From contig CM074822.1 of assembly GCA_037447605.1 (NCBI GenBank), positions 1,015,492 to 1,079,491 of the forward strand: DNA of 64,000 nt. The letters are read 5' to 3'. This document shows, in pieces, positions 50,694 to 60,812 of this stretch (the stretch's first letter is position 1; each line of letters begins with the position of its first letter). The stretch is from Zygnema circumcarinatum SAG 698-1b. Lineage: Eukaryota; Plantae; Zygnematophyceae. A program made the translations under genes and the position numbers. The notes beneath the pieces are model-generated. The model did no database searches and was not told the DNA's origin. It was given only the letters and a program-made list of their open reading frames with translations.

Positions 50694-53600
50694 ATGGCGG
50701 AGCCGAAGAAGGATCTGGAGAAGAGTGTGCCTCTCTCTCGAGGATGTCCGAGTGCGCTTATTCTCTCCCTCTCCCTCCTGCTCTTTTCCAAGCTCCAATT
50801 TCCATTGCGGGGTCAAGGACCCTGAGGATGAGTGTTGAATGTCTGTGCAGAAGGCGAGAAAGAGTCCAAAGTGAGAGCTCCCACAGGCTTCGTACTTCGT
50901 GCTCGTTTTCCAAGCTCTAATCTGCAGAACGGGTCAAGGATTCTGAGGGTAATTGTTGCATGTTTATGCAGAAGGCGAGAAGTCAAAGGTGAGAGGTCCC
51001 GCAGGCATCATAGTGTGGGTAGATGAAACTTTTCATTGGCTTTTCAGAAGTCAGGAGGCCAAAACGGCGGATCGCTCCGCTAAGCTCAGCCGTGAAGAGC
51101 TCTGGGAGCTCTACGATTCGCCAGAATTCGCAGACTTAAGTGAATTCGAGCGTCTCCAGAAATTTCATAAGGTGAGCTTCTGGTCTTGTTCTCCCATAAT
51201 TTTTCTAAATTGGAAGGTTTTCTGGGAAAATATGTTCAGTGTCGAAAGCCTGACGATTCTATAGCACTTAAGGCCGAAAGATAATAAGGACTACATTGTT
51301 GTGCAGATTGCGCCGACCACCGTCCTGTATGATTCCACCAGACATATCGAAGCTTTCGTCCAATTTACAGGGACGGGGGTTGAAGGAGCACTAAAGCGAC
51401 TAGATTTCTGGCTACTTTTAATCTTCCACATAACACTTTCTGTCGTTTACTATGCTCACCATCGTAACGCGGTCCAAGGAATTCCTGCGAACAGATGGCC
51501 CAATGTATGCTGCCTCCCTCCTGCTTTCATTCCGTACGTTCCGCATGCATGGGGTGAAGACTATGGTTACTCATTCAAATTCTCCCAACGTTCGTCCAAC
51601 GCATGCAGGTTAAGAACTCAATGGTGGTAATTCCGGGATCCTTAATCGCATTCGTGATGGCGTTCTATCTTAACCAGACGTTCACACGCTACCTCACTCA
51701 ATATGGTTGTGCCATTACCATTAACGGATCATTGGACGAGTTTGTCCTATTGTTGAGGGTGCATCTTGGAGACCATTTGGGTCCCGAAGCTCGCAGAATG
51801 AGGCATAAACTGTGCAAAATTGCAATTGCAATGCAGTTTGTAGCCTATGGGAGCCTTCCTTGGAATCGCAAGGCCAAGATACATGAGTGGGTTTGGTGGC
51901 ATCTTCAGCGGAATAAGATTCTTACACCCGCGCAGGTAATCAGAAGTATATTATTACTTTAATTTAGTACTTGCTGTTTTGAAGGACTTTGAAGAACATA
52001 ATCCGTATCTGCTAGATTTAGATCGTAAATATGTTTGCGTCCCTTGCAAAAGTACGAAATCAAGCCAGAACTAGTGAAGGCACGTAGTGGGATTGAGGAG
52101 TTTAGCACATGGACACTCCCCGCTCCCTCTCCCCACTCCCTCTCTCTGCCCCTCCCTTCCCTCTCACCCTCTCCATCCCCCCTCCCTCTCCCTCCCCCTG
52201 CCCCTCTCTTCCCTCTCCCTCCCTCTCTGCCCCTCCCTTCCCTCTCACCCTCTCCATTCCCCTCCCTTTCCATCTCCCTCCCCCTCTGCCTCTCGTCCCT
52301 CTCCCTCCCTCTTTGCCCCTCCCTTCCCTCTCACCCTCTCCATTCCCCTCCCCCTCCGTCCCCCTCTGCCCCTCTCTTTCCTCTCCCTCCCTCTCTGGCC
52401 CTCCCTTCCCTCTCACCCTCTCCATTCCCCTCCCTCTCTGCCCCTCTCTTCCCTCTCCCTCCCTCTCTGCCCCTCCCTTCACTCTCACCCTCTCCATCCC
52501 CCCTCCCTCTCCCTCCCCCTCTGCCACTCTCTTCCCTCTCCCTCCCTCTCTGCCCCTCCCTCCCTCTCGTCCTCTCCATTCCGTTTCCCCACTCCTCTCC
52601 CCCTGCCCCCCCTTTCCTCCCTACCCATTTCCCCTCCCATCCCTCTCTCTCTCCCCTTTCCCCCTCCCCACTGTCTACCACATGGATCCCCATTGCCTAC
52701 CACATGGATTCCCACTATCTACCACATGAATCCCCACTGTCTACCACATGGATAGATAATCTAACCTTGAAGCTGTATACTCCATGGCTGCTCTCACAGG
52801 TGAATGCTCTCCGACCTCTCCAAGAGATGGGCACTGGCAACATGGCCCACAAGGAGCTGCTGACGTGGCTTCAGCGCGGTGTGTGGGCGGGTCACGACAA
52901 AAAGTACTATGTGCCGCACGTGGCGACACAATGCACAGCGCGCATAATCACTCTCCGTAACGGCCTTGACGGTCTCTACACCTTCATTAGCGGCACCGTG
53001 TAATGTTCAAACACGAGCTAACTTGCATGCTCAATGTTCAACACGAGCATGGTTTGCATGAACACAGTTCTCGCTCCCTCTCTCCCTTCTTCCGTCTCTT
53101 CCCCCCCTCCCCCCCCTCTCTCTCCCCTCTCTCCCTCCCTCCCTCACGCTCCCCCATTCCCCCTCCCTCTCGCCCTCCCGTCCCAGGCTGAGTCGGCTCT
53201 TACCTGTTTCCCCCGCTCCCTTCCCACTCCCTTCCCTTCCCCCCACTCTCTCCTTCCCCCTCTCCCCTTCCCCCACTTCCCTTCCCCCTCCCTCCCCCCC
53301 TTCCCCGCTCTCTCCCTCCCCCTCCCCCTCTCCCCCTCCCGTCCCAGGCTGAGTCGGCTCCCCCCTGTTTCCCCGGCTCCCTTCCCACTCCTTTCCCTCC
53401 CCCCCCCTCTCTCCCTCCCCCTCTCCCCCTCCCCCTCCCCACTCCCCTTCTCCCTCCCTCCCCCACTTCCCCTCTCTCTCCCTCCCCCTCTCCCCCTCCC
53501 GTCCCAGCCTGAGTCGACTCTCCCCTGATTATAGCTACGTTGCATTACCTTCTTTTGGTTTTGATTCGCGAGGAATAATGGATCATGCTACTAAAGCACT

Positions 53601-54297
53601 TCAGACGGCGATTCCCAAAGCGGGCTGTTCCCTTCCTTTAAGAGACTTAGGTTTGCGTTCTGCTTGTGTGCAGACCTTTCGCATACTTCACTCTCCTCAA
53701 CACTGTGACTCTTCTGTATCTCTTCATTCTCGGATACACGTTCATATTTGAGGCACGTCTGTGGTCTATTTTGGGATATTTCCTCGTCCTCCTTCTCTTC
53801 ATGGGTATTATGGAGATCGGAAACAAGATGAGGTCAGTTTACTTCAATCACAATCCTCACCTCATCTCTGCTTTGCACTGCTTTCTGCCAATTCTCACCT
53901 CATGAATGCTTTCACTAACCCCGCCAGCCTCTGCTTCCTAAATAACATATGAAGAAGTTTAGATTTGAAGTTCTTTCCATGAAGTAGTGCTTTTACCTTG
54001 TAAGAACAACTGAAAACTGAATCTTTCCTCATACATTGTGGTTACATTGTGGTTGTGGTTATTGTGCTGAACAGCAACCCTCTCGGTAGCAATAGGATCG
54101 ACATTCCTGTGTTTCAAGTGGCCGCCATGTTTTTGGAGACTTGCATCAAGGTCGTTGACACGCCGGTCGAGTATCCCGATGAAGATGAGACCTTGAAGCC
54201 GCCACCTTTTCACTACGCTAACAACTCTGAGTTTGTAGAGGATGGCAGTGAGCTCATCCCTGGTTGCTTCTCGAACTCGTACAAAAAAACTCTGTGA
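50694..54297 (+). CDS. Bestrophin/UPF0187-family ion channel, paralog 5 (spliced; closest to paralog 4)
   Basis: Exons encode MAEPKKDLEK, EFERLQKFHK, FTGTGVEGALKRLDFW, VVIPGSLIAFVMAFYLNQTFTRY, KELLTWLQRGVW, PFAYFTLLN and NPLGSNRIDIPV...SYKKTL*. Confidence 0.85.
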
Positions 54298-56034
54298 CTA
54301 CAGTATGTACATTATTAGCACTACATATATATTTACGTAGACTGATGCCGGAAAAAAAACTGTCGTCGCCAGGTTTTGTTAGATGTTTATTGAACTGAAG
54401 GAAACAAATACTAATGATATAATATAATAAATAATGATATATAGTAGAGGATTGATTCTTCCGGTTATAAGGACAGCAGATAGAGCATAAACAAGCTATC
54501 AAGTGAAGGATCCGGATTTTGGCGGCGGCTGACACCAAATTTGGGAAAATATTTTTGAATTCATTTCATCATTTTTTAATTTTAATGTAGGAAGGGTTGA
54601 CCAGTGAAGTCGGGACAAAAATCTTGAAATTCGAGAGTTTGTTTACTATTAAACTTGCACCCACAGCGAAGTCGAGCCTTGAAAGAATTGAGTGCACAAA
54701 AGATGCCACGTTAGCTCCACGTCAGTGCCACGTCACCATCACGCTGTCAATGTCGTCTGTACCGTTCGATCGGTTCGTCGGTTCGATCGGTTCCTCGGTT
54801 CGATCGGTTCCTCGATATTCGTTTTTTTCAAGTCGTGGTTTCCAATCAGTGCTCGCCACGTGAACAGTGAAAGCATCCGACGTGGCCCACCGCGGTTACC
54901 GTGCGTCGCCTTCAGTTGCGGCGGTCACCGCGGGTTCCGCGGTAAGCGAGCGGATCCTCGACAGCCACGTGGCGACGCGCAATTGGTAGTCCATTCAGCT
55001 GTTTGGATGGAATTCGCTGGTGGTCACCACGTCGGCGCCACACATGCGCGACTGCCTCGTGGGAGCCACGTTGGCGCCCCGTGGATGCCATGGTGTCAAA
55101 GTACTCGTTTTGGTTTCAAACGTACATAAGGACTACGGACGATCTCTTAGGTCTGATGACACAGGGTGGCTCGAATCATATTAGATTTGGTGGCTCGAAT
55201 TTTATGGGTCTTTAGGGTTTTTAGGGTGCGTTTCCATGTTCCAATCTTATGAATTATTCGACCGCCGACAACATCGCATCATTAGTTTGGAGGACGGCAC
55301 CGACACCCACTGAATGCCAGGCGTCAGCACTCACAACCAATCAATCAGAACCGTAACTAGCCGTCCACGCATCTGCATCGACAAAATTGCCAGATCCAAT
55401 CTGCTCGTCAATCCTTTAAAATGCGACCCACACGAGCCAGTTTGTCGGTGGAACCAATCACCGTCCGTCACTTGGCAGCGAGAGAGAGCCTGACGATCTC
55501 TATCCCACTCTCGTTGTTTTTATATCACTCCCACCCTCACCTTTCTCTCCTCTCTCCCTGCTCTCTCCGTCCTCTCCCTGCCTCCTCTCTCTCACTCCGT
55601 CTCCCTCTCTCTCCTCCCTTTCTCTTCCTCCTCCCCTCTGACCCAGCTCTCTACTCTCTCCACTCTCTCCACTCTCCCTCCTCCCTCTCCTCCCTGTACC
55701 TCACATCCCTCTCTCCTTTATCGTCCTCCTCCCTCTGTCCTCTCCCTCCTCACTCTCTCTTATCCCTCTAACTCATCGCTCTCTCTCCTCCCTCTCTCGT
55801 CCTCTTCCTCTCCCACTCCTTTCCCTCCTTCCTGTCTTTCCTCTCTCCCTTGCCTCCCTCCCTCCTTTCTGTCTCCTCCCCATACCTCATCTCAACTATC
55901 CTCTCGCCTCTCTCCTTCCTCTCCCTCTCTCTCTCCTCTTTCTTCATCCCCTCTCTCCCTGGTGACTGTTACATTTGGAGCGGTGGACAAATCGAACTGA
56001 CACCCACTAACCCAAGGGCTTCAACTCGGAAGCC

Positions 56035-59000
56035 ATGGATGTTCCTCCCAGCCAAACCAAGTAATCATCTCTCCCTCCCTTTCTCCCTTTCCCTCTCGGT
56101 TTCCCACTCCCACTTCCACTCGTACCACTCATCCTCTCAGTGTTCCTGGTAGATCATCAACTCACGTGTTTCCCACTTCATCCCTCATCCTTTCTCTTCC
56201 TCTTCCTCAACCCTCCCTCGTCGCTTCCCCTCGTCCCCTTCCACGCTCTAACCCCCTCCCCCTCCCNNNNNNNNNNCAGGGAAACCACCCACCCTGCCTC
56301 CGATTCCGCCATCCGTTCCGACAGTGTGAACGACTCGAGCAGTCGGCGGCTCGTCCTCTCCAGCAGCCTCCGCGTGTACGGCGCGGATGGGCCCGATCGC
56401 CCGCCGAACAGGCGGAGATCACGGAAGACGGACGGCGGAGATGCGCAGACGGCCTCTCCCGAGGAGGCGCTGTACCTTGAGACGGAGAGGACGCGGCAGA
56501 AGGCGGTCGATGCGGAGCCGGACGTGCTGCAGGCGAGCTCGGAACCTTCCCTTTCTTCTTCTTCTCTGGAAATCAGAACCATAAAACAGTTTCCTTTCGT
56601 TTCTAAATGGTTAAATTCTCTCATAAGAGGATTGGGGAAGTGGGGGGAGGGGAGGAGGAGGGGGGAGCGCTAGTTTTGGGATTTTTCTTGTTTGAGTGTG
56701 CGGAATTTCTGTTACTTTGAACTAGTTTTGAAGTGGTGGGGATGGGTGCGCCTATTCAGGTGTACCACGAGTCCTCTTTGTATGGGAAAGTGCCGCTTTC
56801 GACTCGAGTGAGAACCGCTCTTCGCGGCGGCTACCTTGGCTTCGCGCTCTATATGGTAATAAGACGATTTGAATTTTTTAAATTTTCAGAAAGGTATCCC
56901 ATTCTTATGCTGTCATTTCGTTTGGGGCAAAGTTGTCTTCATTTGGATTCAATTGGTTTGGGGCCAATTTACGTACAGGTGGAATTTATCGGAGCTTCTA
57001 TGTCTGGATTTCTCTACATTTGGGCGAGGTATACATATTACCATCCTGGAACTTTTGAGGCCCATATAAATATGCTCTGTATGGGCCTCTCCTTCTTGTA
57101 ATCGAGTTCAAGAAAGCATTGTTCTATGCTGAATTGGGTAATTTCCGTTGTGCAGTTATACGGTGGACAACCCCACATGGATCACAACCTGTCAAGATAT
57201 CATCAGTGTCTTTTTCACAGTCGATTATTTCGTAAGAATTTACTGGTACGATAAACGGAACTTTTCAACCAGTTACAGATTTTACATAGAACGGGCTTCA
57301 AGCCGTCGAGCACCTATCAAAAGAATTTAGCCAATCAACATTTCGTCAACTTACTGAATTCAAATTTACCCCACTCCTTCTCTTTTTTGTATATTGTTTA
57401 TTTTCAGTGAGCCGGTCCGCCTGTTCTACATGACGTCACTAGGTGGCATCATCGACGGCTTGGCAGTCATTCCCATCATCACTCTCTTCATGTAAGCGAT
57501 CGATCCCCACATCATACAACCAACCTTGTACGGACGGAGAAGACCAGTTCTGACTTTCTTTTCGAGTTGCCAAATTTCAGGAATTCTGGAGGTGCTGGAG
57601 CTGAGGATATCCTTCATCTTCTCCAATTCCTCCGAATCCTAAGGTATGAAAATCGGAAATTATATTATTTGGATTTCTCGAAAAAACGTTTATATAAGGT
57701 GGAGATAAAGTAGGCCATTGAGTTTGAAATCGAGCAAAGAACAGGCATAGTTTAGCAGAAAGCAAACTGACTAACCACGTTCCATGATGCAGAATTTATC
57801 CGCTTCTCGCGAAAATTGGCATCCGGGGAACCAATCTTGGGCAGCAGCTCTTCCTTCTTTTGATCTCCATTATAGGAATTGGTTAGACCCCGTTTATACA
57901 CAAATTCCCAGTTTTTCAGTTTAAAAGCATAACGTCAATGTTAAACCAATAGCTTCCATGTTTGTCGATGTTTAACCCAAAGCATTTGCTCTTCGAAACA
58001 GTGATATTGTGCTGGGTCCGTTTCTATGTGAGCAGTTCTGGTCGACGCTGGGCTGCTTCAGTACGTAGAACTTCAGTATTACAAAGCCAACAAGGAAGAT
58101 CTACCGGACTGCGATGCAACAGGCTGCATAAGTTTCTTTCGTGCCATTTACTTTGTCTGGGTTACGGTGATTATAGCTTAACTCCTCCCTCCCTCCCTCG
58201 CTAACACTTCAATCCCCCACTCTCTCTCTCTCGTCCCCCCTCGATCCGTCACTCTCCCTTTCCGCCACGCCCCTACTCTCTCTCCCTCACTCCCCGTCAC
58301 CGCCTCCCCTCTCGCCCTCTTTCCCTCTCCCACCAATCCACTCTCTCTCCCTTTTTCACTTCTCCTCCCTCCTCCTCCCCCCCTCCCTATCCCACTCCCC
58401 CACCTTCCCCCCCTCCGCCCCTTGCATGCATCCTCCTTCCACTCCCCCTCTTCCTCCTCCCCCTCCTCGGTCCCCGATCCCTCCCTCTCTCCCTGCTCCA
58501 TCTCCCCGTCTCCCCCCTCTCCTTTCCCCCCTTTCCCCTCTTCCTCCCCTCTCCCCCCTCCCTACCTCCACCCCTCCCGCCCTCCCCCTCTCTCCCCGTA
58601 CCCTTCTTACCCCCCTCCACCCATTCCCCCCCTCCTCCTACCCTCCTGCCCCCACTTCCACCACCCCCTCCTCCCCCTTTCCCCTTCCCTCCCCCCACTT
58701 CCCCCGCCCTCCTCCCCCCTCTCAACTCCCCCCTCCTCCATACCCCCCTCCCCACTCCCCCACTCCCTGTCCTCTCCCCCTCCTCCTCCCTCTCCCCCTC
58801 CCTCTCTCTCTCTCTCCCCCTCACGGGCCACTACTGCTTGGGAGGCTCCCAGGTGTCAGCTTTGTGGGGGTATNNNNNNNNNNNNNNNNNNNNNNNNNNN
58901 NNNNNNNNNNNNNNNNNNNNNNNNNNNNNNNNNNNNNNNNNNNNNNNNNNNNNNNNNNNNNNNNNNNNNNNNNTGGATGCATTTGACAAGTATCTCTCTC

Positions 59001-60642
59001 ACTCCCACCCCTCTCCCTCTCTCGTCCTCTCTCTCACTCTGTCTCTCTCTCTCGCTATCTCTCTTGCTCTCCCACGCTTTCCCCCCCCCTCGTTTCTTTA
59101 TCTCCCTCTCCAACCCATTTTCTCTCCACTCTCCGAGTGCATTAGCATGAAAGGGTTATGCATTGCAGCATGTTGGACTAATTCTGTTGACTCATACTTG
59201 ATATGTGCTGCAGTGATGTCCACAACATTATTATTGCAGCAAACGTGGAGAGTCTCATTCCAGCGGTGAGTTAACGGGATGGCAAGAAGCAGGAAATGCT
59301 GTGGAGATGAATCACAGTCTGTTACTACAAAAGTTGAGGATTTACCACCCCATATGTGAATCCTAAGCGTCCTGTCTGAATTCCATTTGCAGGGTGCGGG
59401 TGAGAAACTCATTATCGAGCTGCAGCATCCCCAAAACCTTCAATATTTGCCGCCCAATTTTGTGATCAGCAAGTGGCGTGTGGACAAGTTGGTAAGCTCT
59501 CGGGCAGGCCCAAAACATGTGAAGTGACTTTTTTCTCAAGCATTTGAAACAGAGTGCTTTAATACCGTTCTTTATGAATAGTTGCTGATTTTGGGCTGGT
59601 TCGGAACAGGATTGGAAAAGGCACCGCGAGGCGCTCCTGCACTTCACGCCTCCGTACATGGCAGGAACGGCATACTCCCCGTTTCAGCTCGGTTTTGTGA
59701 CGTAAGGAGCAACCCTCCCCCCCTCCCTTCCTCCCCATCCCCCTCCCCCTCCCCCTCCCCCTCCCCCTCCCCCTCCCCCTCCCCCTCCCCCTCCCCCTCC
59801 CCCTTCCCCTCCCTCCTCCCGCCCGCCCCTTCCCCTTCCCCCTCCCCCCCTTCCCCTTCCCCCTCCCCCATCCCCTCCCCCTTCCTCCCTTCCCCCTCCC
59901 TCTCCCTCCTTCCCCTTCCCCCTCCTCTCTCCCCACCCCCTCCCCCTCTCCACCCTCCCCTTCCCCCTCCCCCCCACCCTCCCCTTCCCCCTCCCCTCCC
60001 CCTCCCCCTCCCCCCTCCTCCTGCTCCCCCATTCCCCCTCCCCTCCCCCCTCCCCTCCCTCCCCTCTACCTCCTTCTCCCCTCCCCCTCTCTCTCCCCTC
60101 CCCTTCCCTCAATTGTGCTCTCTCCCTACCTCTCGCTCCTCCGCTCACTCTCTGTCTTTTTACCTCCCTCTTTCTTGACTAGCATGTGCATGTGCACGAC
60201 GAATGTAGAGCCCTGAAGTCCTGAGTGTTTTCTTTCACTATGCGCTAATGCCTTCCATCCCATTGCCCATGTCCAATCATGTCCTTCTCCTTTCCTGTTT
60301 TGTTCGATGCTCAGGCGGGCGACCTTCTACAACCGGAACGCGGTATCGCTCCTCGAGCAACTGATCGACGGCTTGCAGCGCCATGCAGAAGACGACGAAG
60401 AAGACGGCGACCTGCCGTACAAAAGCAGGCGGTGGTCCCTGAACCAAATTAGGGTTCCGTCGGAGTTCGCAGCGCGGTCGTACGGAGCGCTCTTTCACGG
60501 CCTTTTGGCGCAGCACAGGGCGCTGGCCCTCGGGCTGTACAGAGCTTCTGGAACATTGGGCTCGCCCTCTGCTTACGTTCTCACCAATCCGTCCAAAGAA
60601 GTGGTTGTGAATGGCGATGATCTGGTTTACATTCTTCAATGA
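56035..60642 (+). CDS. Slo/BK-type potassium channel alpha subunit, copy B (spliced; RCK1 region in the 100-N gap; possibly a pseudogene)
   Basis: Exons for the N-terminus, S0-S2 (GYLGFALYM, EFIGASMSGFLYIW, CQDIISVFFTVDYF), S3-S4 (HLLQFLRILR), S5 and the pore helix. After the gap come DVHNIIIAANVERLIP, IIELQHPQNLQYL and the terminal exon, which is nearly identical to copy A. The start at MDVPP (56035) is tentative. Confidence 0.8.
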
Positions 60643-60812
60643 GCCCATCATTGGGGGCATAATTGAAGTTAGTTTGTGAATGGCGATGATCTGGTTTACA
60701 TTCTTCAATGAGCCCATCATTGGGGACATAATTGAAGTTAGTTTGTGAATGGCGATGATCTGGTTTACATTTTTCAATGAGCCCATCATTGGGGACATGA
60801 TTGAAGATAGTT
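60605..60812 (+). repeat. Three tandem 69-bp copies spanning the last codons, stop codon and early 3' UTR of Slo copy B
   Basis: The unit ttgtgaatggcgatgatctggtttacattcttcaatgagcccatcattggggg... starts at 60605, 60674 and 60743. Confidence 0.92.

Noticed and set aside
2535-54297. Calling the bestrophins VCCN1/BEST1 orthologs or thylakoid channels
   Set aside because: No clear transit peptides, no RFP motif, and orthology cannot be established without a phylogeny. Gene symbols were left empty.
58150-58185. GYGDYS read across the pore-helix exon end in both Slo copies (also about 24700-24730)
   Set aside because: It is in a different frame from S5 and the pore helix, overlaps the probable gtgatt donor, and has no following donor or S6. 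It was treated as coincidence, although a microhomology deletion of an ancestral VTVSTVGYGD cannot be excluded.
60605-60812. Regularly spaced repeats as a CRISPR array (also 47280-47470 and 62566-62820)
   Set aside because: They are tandem units without unique spacers, in a eukaryotic context with no cas genes.
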